Below, one piece after another: positions 9,078 through 18,974 of a stretch of DNA of 64,000 nucleotides (position 1 is its first letter; every line of letters begins with the position of its first letter). Below the pieces are notes generated by a model, which saw only the letters and a program-made list of their open reading frames with translations, had not been told where the DNA came from and did no database searches. The position numbers and the translations under genes were made by a program. Origin of the DNA: a bacterium (lineage in GTDB: Bacteria; SM23-31); the NCBI GenBank assembly GCA_965249485.1, contig OZ252239.1:3584001-3648000 (forward strand). Reading direction: 5' to 3'.

Positions 9078-11414
9078 ATGAAACGACAACAATCCAGACG
9101 AAAACGAATAATAACCGGCATAGTTTTAATCACGATTTCGCTTCTCTTGAGTTTGAGTATCCTTTCCTATTCAATTACCGATTTCGAACCATCCCTCCAC
9201 GACATTCAGGCAATTGATAATCTGATGGGTATAGGCGGTGCCATCGCATCGTATTACTTGATAAAATTCACCTTCGGTTATGCTGTATTAATACCCTGCA
9301 TAATCCTTTTGTTATGGGGTTGGCGGACGATCCGCCAGAAACCGTTTCCGTGGCTCAAGCGCCTCTCATTTTATTCCATTGCAACCATGACGCTCATTTC
9401 ACTCGGATTAGCGCTGATAAGCGAATTTTCGGTTGGAGGAAGTCCTGTAAGTTATGAATATTCTGGGCTTGTCGGAGGATATTTTGCAGCCCACCTTAAT
9501 ATATATCTCGGTAAAACCGGCACCATAATTGTCTTTTGTGCACTTGTTTTCATCGTATTTGTACTCTGGTCTCATTTTCCTGTGTGGACTGCGCTCACAA
9601 ATATCGAGAAACTTTTGAAACGAATCTGGAACTGGAGGAAACTTCCATTTATTGCTGTAAAAAAAGCTGCTGCGCTCTTCGAATCAAATAAACTCAAGAG
9701 AAAAACAGAGTTTACACGGAAATTAAAAGAATCGAAGTCGATTGAGACTGATATTCCGTTCATACCGAAACAGGAACAGCCGGTAAAGGAAAGGCTTGAA
9801 AAACAGGACGTGTTCCGTAATGTTGAGGAAACTCCAGAACATTCAGGAAGCGATTCAATTCCTTTTGCGATTTCATCACGAAAGGATTCCCAGTCTACCC
9901 TTTCAGGTGGTAACGATGAGGAAGAATTCAGGGCCTCGGGACCTTACTCCTTTCCCGGGCTTAATTTGCTTGCTGAACCTCCCGCACAGGTAACAAAAGA
10001 CTCAAAAGAAGACATTATCCGGCAAGCAGAGTTATTAGAAAGTACCTTACTCGATTTTGGAGTACTCGTAAAAGTCACCGAAGTCCATCCGGGACCAGTT
10101 ATAACATTATATGAGTTGAGACCAGAAGTCGGCGTCAAGATAAATAAGATTCTTGCTCTTGAAAACGATATTGCTCTTTCTTTAAAAGCGGGGGGAATCC
10201 GAATGATCGCTCCAATTCCCGGCAAAGATACGGTCGGGATAGAGATACCGAATCAACATCAGGAAATTGTCTTATTGAAGAGTCTTGTATCCGATAAGGG
10301 ATTTCAGACAAGTCCTTCAAAGTTGACTGTCGCGTTAGGCAGGACTGTTTCCGGAGAAGCCTACTTTGCAGATTTAGCTAAAATGCCGCATCTTCTCATA
10401 GCAGGATCAACCGGCTCCGGAAAAAGTGTCGGAATTAGCTCTATTATAACAAGTATTCTCTATAAATCGGGACCGACAGATGTACAGTTTATCATGATCG
10501 ATCCGAAAATGCTCGAGCTTACGATATTTAAGAAACTTGACAAGCACCACCTGTTAACTGCCGATTTTATCGATGAAAAAGTTATTACCAAGACGCATAA
10601 TGCAGTGGCAATTTTAAAAAGTTGCGTCAATGAAATGGAAAAAAGGTATGAGATCTTGGCAAAAGTTGGTGTCCGAAATATTGAAGGATATAATGAGAAG
10701 AATAATAAACCGGTTGATCCCAACACAGAAGAACATCTACCAGATAAACTTGAATATATTGTCATTATAATCGATGAACTTGCCGATCTTATGATGACCG
10801 CTTCAAAGGAAATAGAAGAGCCGATTACGCGCCTTGCACAAATGGCGCGTGCAGTTGGGATTCATCTGGTGTTAGCAACGCAGCGCCCATCTGTCGATGT
10901 TATTACCGGCGTTATAAAAGCAAATTTTCCAGCACGAATAGCGTTCCAGGTAGCAACTAAAATCGATTCGAGAACAATTCTCGATATGAACGGTGCCGAA
11001 GAATTGCTCGGGAGCGGAGATATGCTGTTTTTGCCACCTGGGGCGGCAAAACCGATAAGGATGCAAAATGCATTTGTCTCCCAAAAAGAAATTGAAGCAA
11101 TTGTGGATGCAATAGCAGATAAATCGAAATTCAAAAAAACAACCAAGCTTTCACAGGAATCGGTACGGGATACTCGGAGAGACGGTAGTTCTTCATCAGG
11201 AGACCGTGACTCACTATTTACAGAGGCCGCCCGTCTGGTTGTCATGCATCAACAGGGTTCCATTTCGCTCCTACAACGGCGGCTCAAAATTGGTTATGCC
11301 CGGGCAGCACGGCTCATTGATGAACTCGAGGATGCAGGTGTCGTAGGTGCATATGACGGGAGCAAAGCTCGGCAAGTTCTATTAGACGAGAATGAAATTG
11401 ATCAATTTCTGTGA
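9078..11414 (+). CDS. ftsK: DNA translocase FtsK/SpoIIIE
   Basis: N-terminal TM domain, MPHLLIAGSTGSGKS, IIIDELADLMM, LATQRPSVDVITG, gamma domain LQRRLKIGYARAARLID. Confidence 0.95.
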   Translation: MKRQQSRRKRIITGIVLITISLLLSLSILSYSITDFEPSLHDIQAIDNLMGIGGAIASYYLIKFTFGYAVLIPCIILLLWGWRTIRQKPFPWLKRLSFYSIATMTLISLGLALISEFSVGGSPVSYEYSGLVGGYFAAHLNIYLGKTGTIIVFCALVFIVFVLWSHFPVWTALTNIEKLLKRIWNWRKLPFIAVKKAAALFESNKLKRKTEFTRKLKESKSIETDIPFIPKQEQPVKERLEKQDVFRNVEETPEHSGSDSIPFAISSRKDSQSTLSGGNDEEEFRASGPYSFPGLNLLAEPPAQVTKDSKEDIIRQAELLESTLLDFGVLVKVTEVHPGPVITLYELRPEVGVKINKILALENDIALSLKAGGIRMIAPIPGKDTVGIEIPNQHQEIVLLKSLVSDKGFQTSPSKLTVALGRTVSGEAYFADLAKMPHLLIAGSTGSGKSVGISSIITSILYKSGPTDVQFIMIDPKMLELTIFKKLDKHHLLTADFIDEKVITKTHNAVAILKSCVNEMEKRYEILAKVGVRNIEGYNEKNNKPVDPNTEEHLPDKLEYIVIIIDELADLMMTASKEIEEPITRLAQMARAVGIHLVLATQRPSVDVITGVIKANFPARIAFQVATKIDSRTILDMNGAEELLGSGDMLFLPPGAAKPIRMQNAFVSQKEIEAIVDAIADKSKFKKTTKLSQESVRDTRRDGSSSSGDRDSLFTEAARLVVMHQQGSISLLQRRLKIGYARAARLIDELEDAGVVGAYDGSKARQVLLDENEIDQFL

Positions 11415-11464
11415 AATGAATAAATTGTATTGATAACCGTATAGTAAGTAGACAGGAGCAGCTA

Positions 11465-11861
11465 ATGAGGGGATTAAAAGTAGTGCTCTGGACCGGTGCC
11501 GGATTTTTTCTGCTCCATTTTCTTGCTGTTGTTGTGCCGTGGCGTTCAATAAGCTGGTTCTTTGCATTATATAATACAGATAAGTTCCGGATATCCGGAA
11601 CTTATAAAATATGGGTGCCGAATAATATTTGCCATGTTTGGGTGCATCGGGTTATTTTTTGTAATGGTAGCACGTGATCCATTGAAATATTTATCTTTTG
11701 TATCACTTGCGGGATTCGGCTCATTGTTGTGCGGGCTTTTCTGTCTGGTTTGGGATTTTTATTACAGATTTACTTGGTGGTACTGGCTGATGGATGTTAC
11801 TCTGTTTACAACATATGGACTGCTTCTATTTTATTTTAAATCAAAAGTGTTGAAAACTTGA
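11465..11861 (+). pseudogene. Small multi-TM membrane protein split by a frameshift at about 11580-11605
   Basis: ORF 11465..11677 (TM ending VVPW) and ORF 11562..11861 (YPELIKY…ARDPLKY, three TMs) read as halves of one protein. The junction is a perfect 26-bp palindrome. Confidence 0.6.
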
Positions 11862-12541
11862 TGATAAACAAAAGACTAATTTCTATTTTTGTAATGAGTG
11901 CACTTGTAATTTCAATGTACGTATATGCAACTCCTGTACATGCACAGAGGAGCGCTCAAAACGCAATAAAAATTCTCCAAAAAAAGTATGATGAGCTCAA
12001 TGATTTTTCTGCTGATTTGCTTCATGTCCGGGAATTTTTATTTTCCAGTGAAAAAGACACCTCCAGTCAGAAAATATCACTCCTGAAAGAAAACTATTTT
12101 AAAATAGAAACATCTGATATGATTTTTGTGACAGACGGAATCACCGTGAAAGATTACAGTCTCTATGAACAACGAATGACAATCGACATCGTTGACAATA
12201 GATCGTCCGATTCTTTTCTACCCAAGGATTTTCTTTTTGAGTTTCCGGAGCGGTATAACCCAGTCGATTACCGAGAATCGTCGTATCAGGGTAAACCGAT
12301 ATATATACTTGCATTGGAACCAAAAAATCCTGATGAAGAACTGATGCAGTACCTTGAAGTGCAGATTGATCCGGCCGATTCGCTTGTCAAATATGTGAAG
12401 TATACCGATTTTAATGAAAACGAAAATATATATATTCTGGATAATTACCATGTTGACACTGGTTTAGCCCCTGAGCAATTTGATATACACCTACCGGATG
12501 ATACCGACATCAGAGTAATTGATCTACGATCAAAAAAATAA
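11861..12541 (+). CDS. lolA: Outer-membrane lipoprotein carrier LolA-like protein
   Basis: Signal peptide, KKYDELNDFSAD, FVTDGITV…Y; downstream of ftsK as is typical. Confidence 0.7.
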   Translation: MINKRLISIFVMSALVISMYVYATPVHAQRSAQNAIKILQKKYDELNDFSADLLHVREFLFSSEKDTSSQKISLLKENYFKIETSDMIFVTDGITVKDYSLYEQRMTIDIVDNRSSDSFLPKDFLFEFPERYNPVDYRESSYQGKPIYILALEPKNPDEELMQYLEVQIDPADSLVKYVKYTDFNENENIYILDNYHVDTGLAPEQFDIHLPDDTDIRVIDLRSKK

Positions 12542-12596
12542 AGGATTCAATGTAAAAAGTTTCGGCATCCCGGCCGAATCATATTGAAAATATTTT

Positions 12597-13637
12597 ATGA
12601 AAACAAAACTTGCTGTTGGAATTGCTATCAGTGTGGCGTTTCTCGTCTGGGCGTTTTGGGATGTCGACTTTGAAGGATTTCGGTCCGCACTTGCTTCGGC
12701 CCGCTATTCTTATTTTGTAGTTGCGCTTTTCTTTTCAATGGCCCAATACCTTATCAGAGCTTACCGGTGGAAATATCTTCTATTTCTCCAGAAAGATATT
12801 CCATACTATTCTGTATTGTCAGCACTCTTTATCGGGTTTTTCGCAAATAGTGTCTTACCTTTTCGTGCAGGGGAATTCCTCAGGGCATATGTTATCGGGA
12901 GAAATGAAAATATTTCAAAGAGTTCAGTGTTGGCAACTGTCCTCGTTGAGCGTATTATTGATGTGCTCTCGTTACTATTCATAGCAGTCGTTGCACTTCT
13001 GTTTTTCCCTATTCCTGAAGGTCCCCATTTTGATATGATAAAATATTTCGGTGTCATTCTTTTTACTGTTGAAATTGGTGTCATTGCTTTTTGCTTTATG
13101 CTTCTCATCAAGAGGGATTTGACTCTTCAATACGTTGAAAAAGTATTAGCATTATTTGCCGGATCACTGCACGAAAAAGGAATAAAGATTGTCCAGTCTT
13201 TCCTGGACGGCTTGGAAATTCTCCGTTCAACCCGCAATTTTATCAAAATAATTGTTCCAACAATCGGAGTCTGGATAATTGCTATAATGCAGTTTTATAC
13301 AGTTCTCAAAGCATTCGATCTTCAATACGGAATTTCAATGTTGTTTATCATTGCTATCGTTGATTCTGTGCTAGTAAGCTTTGCTCTCACAATTCCATCC
13401 GCACCCGGCTTTGTGGGTACTTTTCATGCCGCCGCCAAGGAAGGATTGGTTATATTTTCAATAGGTCCTGCAATTGCATCAGGATTTGCGGTATTGATTC
13501 ACGCAGTCTCATTTTTGCCGCCAATTATTATAGGATTTTATTTTTTCCTCAGGGAAAACATTAAACTCTCTACAGCTAAAAGCGAATTTAATCATGAAGA
13601 ATCCGACAACGGAACACAATCAGTAAAGTCAGAATAA
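12597..13637 (+). CDS. Lysylphosphatidylglycerol synthase TM-region / UPF0104 flippase-like protein
   Basis: IRAYRW, NSVLPFRAGEFLR, ERIID, IPSAPGFVGTFH. Confidence 0.85.
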   Translation: MKTKLAVGIAISVAFLVWAFWDVDFEGFRSALASARYSYFVVALFFSMAQYLIRAYRWKYLLFLQKDIPYYSVLSALFIGFFANSVLPFRAGEFLRAYVIGRNENISKSSVLATVLVERIIDVLSLLFIAVVALLFFPIPEGPHFDMIKYFGVILFTVEIGVIAFCFMLLIKRDLTLQYVEKVLALFAGSLHEKGIKIVQSFLDGLEILRSTRNFIKIIVPTIGVWIIAIMQFYTVLKAFDLQYGISMLFIIAIVDSVLVSFALTIPSAPGFVGTFHAAAKEGLVIFSIGPAIASGFAVLIHAVSFLPPIIIGFYFFLRENIKLSTAKSEFNHEESDNGTQSVKSE

Positions 13638-13673
13638 ATCTATTCAAATTATCCGGCAAAAGACTATATTACT

Positions 13674-14066
13674 ATGAGTGAGGCACAACCGCGCATTAAA
13701 AAACTTTGGAAGGCATTTGCTCTTTTACTGGGATGTTTTGGCATTATGCTAATTTCGGATAGTATAGGCCTCTATTTATCCGGCGATTATTCAACTTTAG
13801 TGTGGTTAAAACTTCTCATTGGTATTTTCTTATTTGGGTATGCAGTATGCGTTTGGATAATGAACAAAAAATCATGGATAATGAGTGTCTATGTATTGTC
13901 TGGAGCAGTTATTTTTCAGGGTGTGATTATCGGATTTTATGACCGTTCAATTTTTGAAATAACACTCTTTTTTATTCTAATAGGTTACCTTTTCAACCTA
14001 CAGAATCCCCATTCAAAGAAACTATTTCTTCATGAAACCAATGCACCTGAAAATCTTGACAATTAG
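13674..14066 (+). CDS. Hypothetical 4-TM membrane protein
   Basis: 130-aa ORF with four hydrophobic segments in operon context. Confidence 0.55.
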   Translation: MSEAQPRIKKLWKAFALLLGCFGIMLISDSIGLYLSGDYSTLVWLKLLIGIFLFGYAVCVWIMNKKSWIMSVYVLSGAVIFQGVIIGFYDRSIFEITLFFILIGYLFNLQNPHSKKLFLHETNAPENLDN

Positions 14067-14901
14067 TGCACCGGCAAAAATAAACTTTGGCTTAAGTATT
14101 GGCCGGAAACGTAAAGACGGCTATCATCCGATTTCAACTCTATTTATTCCGATTACTCTTTATGACACTATTGAACTTACGGTAACCAGTGAACCTGGCA
14201 TCACCTTGAACTGTTCCCACCCTGATGTACCCAACAACTCGTCGAATCTGTGCTGGAAAGCGGCAAAATTACTCCTTGATCAATCTGAACAATCAAGCGG
14301 TATACATATTAATCTTGAAAAAAATATTCCTGTCGGAGCAGGACTAGGCGGCGGCAGTTCCGATGCAGCAGCAGTCATCAAAGGATTATCACAATTAATA
14401 CCGGGACAATTTACCCAGCATCAACTTACTGAACTTGCGGTAAAACTCGGAGCAGACATACCGTTCTTTCTCAAAAATACTCCGTGTTCGGCAACTGGTA
14501 TAGGTGAAAAACTTGCACCGGTGATGTTTCCGTGGAAATGTAAAATACTACTAGTGATGCCCCCATTTCCAATTTCTACTGTGGATGCGTATAATGCGTT
14601 AGACAGTGGTCGCACTGATCAATCGTCTCTAATTGATTATGCACAGAAATTACGCTCTCTACAAAACCTCAACGATGCTCAGAACACGTTTTGCAATGAT
14701 TTTGAGACCATACTTTGCACTCACTACCCAGAACTCAGTATTATAAAAAATTCTCTGATGGAATTAGACGCTAATTATGCAGCTCTGACCGGGAGCGGAT
14801 CGGTCATCTATGGCATGTTTACAAATGCTCATGCTGCACAGGAAGCTGCAAAAAAACTCAGCACATCATACAGCACAGAATTAGTCTCACCTCTCGTATA
14901 A
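14032..14901 (+). CDS. ispE: 4-diphosphocytidyl-2-C-methyl-D-erythritol kinase
   Basis: APAKINFGL, DGYH, KNIPVGAGLGGGSSDAA, LGADIPFF, TGSGS. Confidence 0.95.
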   Translation: MKPMHLKILTISAPAKINFGLSIGRKRKDGYHPISTLFIPITLYDTIELTVTSEPGITLNCSHPDVPNNSSNLCWKAAKLLLDQSEQSSGIHINLEKNIPVGAGLGGGSSDAAAVIKGLSQLIPGQFTQHQLTELAVKLGADIPFFLKNTPCSATGIGEKLAPVMFPWKCKILLVMPPFPISTVDAYNALDSGRTDQSSLIDYAQKLRSLQNLNDAQNTFCNDFETILCTHYPELSIIKNSLMELDANYAALTGSGSVIYGMFTNAHAAQEAAKKLSTSYSTELVSPLV

Positions 14902-14965
14902 TTTATACAGGAAGGAGAAGTTATTTGCTTATTGTTTTGAATCAAGATTTAAGGCAGGCAATTGC

Positions 14966-15673
14966 TTAGTAGAATGGTCCAAATATTTTCTTGAAATAGG
15001 AGAAATTCGTGACGGCGATAGTGCGAATATCGGGTTTTTGAATGAATCCCTCCTGTTCCAACTCTCCCAGTGTTCTGTTCAGTGTTTCCCGCGTCAGACC
15101 AACATAATTAGCCATTTCCTGTTGTTTGGGGATTGTCGATATTTCCACTGTATCAAGCATCTTAGTGCCTTGATCCAGTGCCCACCGAAGCAATGCAGAT
15201 GCAACTCTGCTGCGTGCATTCAGGATTGAGAGTCCTTTGATTTGTGAATCGGAATTTCGAATCCGGTGTGCAAGCTCGTTTAAAAACTCGATGGCAATTT
15301 TCGGATTGCCTTCAAGAAGATTATAAAAATGTTTTTCATGCAATACATGCAATATAAGAATCATTGATTTTTCTTCAGCGGATGCCTCAGCTGACCGGGG
15401 CAGTCCATCAAGAAGCGCCATTTCACCAAAGAAATTCCACGGAGACAATAACGCAATCAGTACTTCCTTACCGTCACGGCTAACCCGGGATATTTTAACA
15501 CAACCTTCAACAATTAAATAGAAATGGTGTGACTCTTCCCCTTCAAGAAAAATCACATCACTTTTATTATATGTTCGTTTTTCACCAACCCGATGAATAA
15601 AATCCTGAGTCTCATCATCAAGGTTATGATATAGGGATCCGTGTGATGATTTTTTAACCATAGAATGATACAC
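14966..15673 (-). CDS. Crp/Fnr family transcriptional regulator
   Basis: FFGEMALLDGLPRSA cNMP-binding motif and QQEMANYVGLTRETLNR HTH. Confidence 0.9.
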   Translation of the reverse strand: MYHSMVKKSSHGSLYHNLDDETQDFIHRVGEKRTYNKSDVIFLEGEESHHFYLIVEGCVKISRVSRDGKEVLIALLSPWNFFGEMALLDGLPRSAEASAEEKSMILILHVLHEKHFYNLLEGNPKIAIEFLNELAHRIRNSDSQIKGLSILNARSRVASALLRWALDQGTKMLDTVEISTIPKQQEMANYVGLTRETLNRTLGELEQEGFIQKPDIRTIAVTNFSYFKKIFGPFY

Positions 15674-15793
15674 ATTTATTACGTTTCAATTCTAATGTAG
15701 AAAACATTCATAAACTGCACAAGATATTAATTTAGTAACTTTAAGTTATCGGATTATTACCAGTATTTTGAATTCTTTATTCAAACTCATCAT

Positions 15794-16741
15794 TTAAAAA
15801 GGAAGGTTATTAAGATCGACATTCCCGCCCGATATTATTACTGCAACCCGTTTGCCTGCAACAGGAATTGTTCCGTTCAATAACGGAGCAATAGCCACGG
15901 CAGATGATGGTTCAATAATTATTTTCATTCGTTCCCACACTGTCCGCATTGTCTCGATTATTTCTTTTTCAGTCACCAAAACTATTTCTTCAACATAATC
16001 TTGTATAATCGAAAATGTTTTGTCACTGAGCATAGCACGCAATCCATCGGCAATAGTTTCGGAGTGATCAAGAAGAATGATTTTTCCCTCTTGAAGAGAC
16101 CGATAAGCGTCATCAGCCATTTTGGGTTCACAGCCGATTACCTTTGTTGCTGGACTGAGGTATCGTGTACTTAACGCGTTGCCTGATATAAGACCACCGC
16201 CGCTTACCGGTACAAACAGGTAGTCGATGTCAGAAAGGTCTTCAAATATTTCCTTTGCAATTGTCCCCTGCCCGGCTATTATCCGGTAATCATCATAAGG
16301 GTGAATAAGATAAGAGTCGGTTTCTGCGAGCAGTTTATCTCCCGTTTCTTCTCGAGATGTGTGGGTGGGTTCGCTTAATGTTATGATCCCTCCATACTCC
16401 TCCACCGCAGCTATTTTTACATTCGACGAATTAGACGGCATGATAATATAGGCAGGAATGCCTCTCTTTCGTGCCGCAATTGAAACCGCCTGTGCATGAT
16501 TCCCTGAAGAGTGGGTTAAGATTCCGTTTTTTGCTTCCTCATCGTTAAGGGAAAATATTGCATTACCGGCACCCCGTAATTTAAATGATCCCCCTTTTTG
16601 AAAATTTTCGCACTTAAAATAGATCTCCGCACCACTCACTGTATTTAAAGTTGTATTGGTCAATATCGGTGTGCGGTGTATGTGCTGTTTAATCCGTTCA
16701 TATGCCTGCCGAATTGTTTCAAGGTCAGGAGTTGAGTACAT
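15794..16741 (-). CDS. PLP-dependent serine/threonine dehydratase or serine racemase family
   Basis: FKCENFQKGGSFKLRGA, HSSGNHAQA, GQGT, SGGGL, EPSSA, SGGN. Confidence 0.85.
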   Translation of the reverse strand: MYSTPDLETIRQAYERIKQHIHRTPILTNTTLNTVSGAEIYFKCENFQKGGSFKLRGAGNAIFSLNDEEAKNGILTHSSGNHAQAVSIAARKRGIPAYIIMPSNSSNVKIAAVEEYGGIITLSEPTHTSREETGDKLLAETDSYLIHPYDDYRIIAGQGTIAKEIFEDLSDIDYLFVPVSGGGLISGNALSTRYLSPATKVIGCEPKMADDAYRSLQEGKIILLDHSETIADGLRAMLSDKTFSIIQDYVEEIVLVTEKEIIETMRTVWERMKIIIEPSSAVAIAPLLNGTIPVAGKRVAVIISGGNVDLNNLPF

Positions 16742-16869
16742 GTTAATTTTCTCTTATTTGTTACAATAGTTATTTAATCTATATTGATCATCTTTTCATC
16801 TCAGAGATTTCCGCATCCATCAAATTCTCCTAAGGATATGGCAATGACAGAAAGTATGTGGCAGTGTGC

Positions 16870-16897
16870 TGAAAATGAAACCTCGCAGATGGCGAGG
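16870..16897 (-). terminator. Possible intrinsic terminator after the cyclodeaminase gene
   Basis: Minus strand CCTCGC-CATCT-GCGAGG followed by TTTCATTTT. Confidence 0.35.
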
Positions 16898-16925
16898 AGT
16901 TCTTCTCAGAACTTATACAATAATA

Positions 16926-17912
16926 TTACACCTCAATCACTTTCCCGAGATTCATTGAGCGAGCTTTATCTTGTGCCCAAACAGAAATGGCAATATCCTG
17001 TACGGCCATTCCTGTAAGATCGCAAATGGTAATTTCCTCATCCGTTTCTCTACCGGGAAACTTTCCGAGCACAAGCTCTCCAAGTTCGGCATTCACATCA
17101 TTTCCGCTGACAACTCCTCCTTCGATCGCATGATGAAGTTCCCCTAGCATTTCCGATTGCACTAACCTGTCAACAAAGATTTTATCTGTCCTACTAAAAA
17201 CGCCCGCATCGAGTTCCTGTTTTTTGGGATCGTCCGATCCCATTGCAGTAATATGCAGACCAGGATGGAGGTCATCTTTGAAAATTATGGGTTCCTTTGC
17301 AGGAGTTGCTGTCACAACAATATCTGATTCGGCTGTAACTGCCGCTGCTGACGATAAAGCTTTGACATCAACATCCGGAAATTCATGCCGCAGTTCTTTT
17401 GTAGAATGCTCCAAAAAACTGGAATTTACATCCCATATCCTCAATTTTGAAAACGGCTTTACTTCCATGAGAAACCTCATCTGCATCTTGCCTTGTGTAC
17501 CGGCACCAATTACTCCTGCTGTGGTAATAGTCTTTTGTGCACAATGTTTCGCCGTAATTGCTCCTGCAGCAGCAGTCCGGACAGTTGTGAGAAGTCCCTG
17601 ATCAAAAAATTGACTTACGAGCCTGCCTGTCTCAGCGTCATAAAGAAGCATTATCCCAAAAAGTGACGGCAATCCCCTTGCCGCATTATTGTAGAAACCG
17701 CCGGCAATTTTCACACAGTAATTTTTGTAGCCGTGAATATGTCCGGCCTTAATATGCACCTCACCGTAGTCTTCAACACTGAGATTAGCTATCGGCGCAA
17801 GTGTAACGTTTCCAGAACTGTAGTCTGCAAATGCCTTTTCGATAACAGTAATGATTTCCGGAATATCGATAAGCTGCTCGACATCGGATTTCGATAACGT
17901 ATAAAGCTGCAT
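16926..17912 (-). CDS. Ornithine cyclodeaminase/mu-crystallin family protein (EutC-like)
   Basis: EVHIKAG, VKIAGGFYNN, RTAAAGA, IGAGTQG, AMGSD, DLTGMAVQD. Confidence 0.85.
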   Translation of the reverse strand: MQLYTLSKSDVEQLIDIPEIITVIEKAFADYSSGNVTLAPIANLSVEDYGEVHIKAGHIHGYKNYCVKIAGGFYNNAARGLPSLFGIMLLYDAETGRLVSQFFDQGLLTTVRTAAAGAITAKHCAQKTITTAGVIGAGTQGKMQMRFLMEVKPFSKLRIWDVNSSFLEHSTKELRHEFPDVDVKALSSAAAVTAESDIVVTATPAKEPIIFKDDLHPGLHITAMGSDDPKKQELDAGVFSRTDKIFVDRLVQSEMLGELHHAIEGGVVSGNDVNAELGELVLGKFPGRETDEEITICDLTGMAVQDIAISVWAQDKARSMNLGKVIEV

Positions 17913-17937
17913 GATAATTTCTCCATTCCCACTATTT

Positions 17938-18804
17938 TTACCAACCGAAGGACAGCAATATCAACCCAATTCCACATCCATACAATAAATTGAAAATTTT
18001 TATTTTGATACTGTCATTCACAGAGAAACCGAGGAGAGGAAGCAGGCCGTGCCCGTCCTGAACAATTGAGTTCGTGATAATGACAGAAAATGGAATAATG
18101 CCTTCAGCAAATAATGTAATTAATATAATATTGGGTCCGGATAGAGGCACAATTCCGATAAGACCAGCTAATAGGAGTACAATTATAGTTCTATCGGTCA
18201 AATATTTTTCGATATTGAAAGCGTTCTGTAATAGAGAAATAATAATTATGCTGCCTAAAATCCATATAAAGATTTTCAAGACATGTTTTTTAAATATATG
18301 TCTCCAGGTGTGGACTGTAAAAAAGTGCTTCCAGTGTATCGACTGAGTATCAAATCCGTTATGGAGTTCGATCAGACATTTTTCACTGACAGTAATCCCA
18401 AATAACCGGACGATTTTATCAGCGACTAAACCGCCAACAATTCCCGCTACAAAAAGTAGTCCGAATAATGAGAAAACAAAAGAAAGAGATAGAGAGTTTT
18501 CAGGCCGAATAGCGAGCGACAAAAGATAAAATGCTTCATCTCCGATTGTTGCTACCATAGTGGCAACAATACTGCCGAATCCGACGATTCCCGCCATATA
18601 GAATGAGTCCATTATAAAAGTACCAGCACATCCTGGCAGCAACCCCATAAATGATGAGACAATGTATTTTAAAGAATTTTCTTCGCTGAAATATTTTCTG
18701 ATGAATTGGGAAAATTTCAGTTCAAGAAGTTCAACTGCAATCATCATAAAGAATATCAAAAAAGTAATCTGCAGCGTTTCGGTAAGAATTTCAACAAGGT
18801 TCAT
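17938..18804 (-). CDS. Putative manganese transporter (DUF2899-like) membrane protein
   Basis: GLLPGCAG, ATIGDEAF, HTWRHI, NSIVQDGHGLLPLL. Confidence 0.75.
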   Translation of the reverse strand: MNLVEILTETLQITFLIFFMMIAVELLELKFSQFIRKYFSEENSLKYIVSSFMGLLPGCAGTFIMDSFYMAGIVGFGSIVATMVATIGDEAFYLLSLAIRPENSLSLSFVFSLFGLLFVAGIVGGLVADKIVRLFGITVSEKCLIELHNGFDTQSIHWKHFFTVHTWRHIFKKHVLKIFIWILGSIIIISLLQNAFNIEKYLTDRTIIVLLLAGLIGIVPLSGPNIILITLFAEGIIPFSVIITNSIVQDGHGLLPLLGFSVNDSIKIKIFNLLYGCGIGLILLSFGW

Positions 18805-18974
18805 CTTCGCATCATTTCATCAATAATTCTGTCTAACAGTATCCCACATGGCGAATTCATTAGAATTATTTGAATGTGAGCTCACTTCCTATATTTATAC
18901 TAGAAAATTCAACTCACAATCTGAACAACTATTTTATCAAGCATATTACCAAAATAAACTGTAACAAGTCGGTT

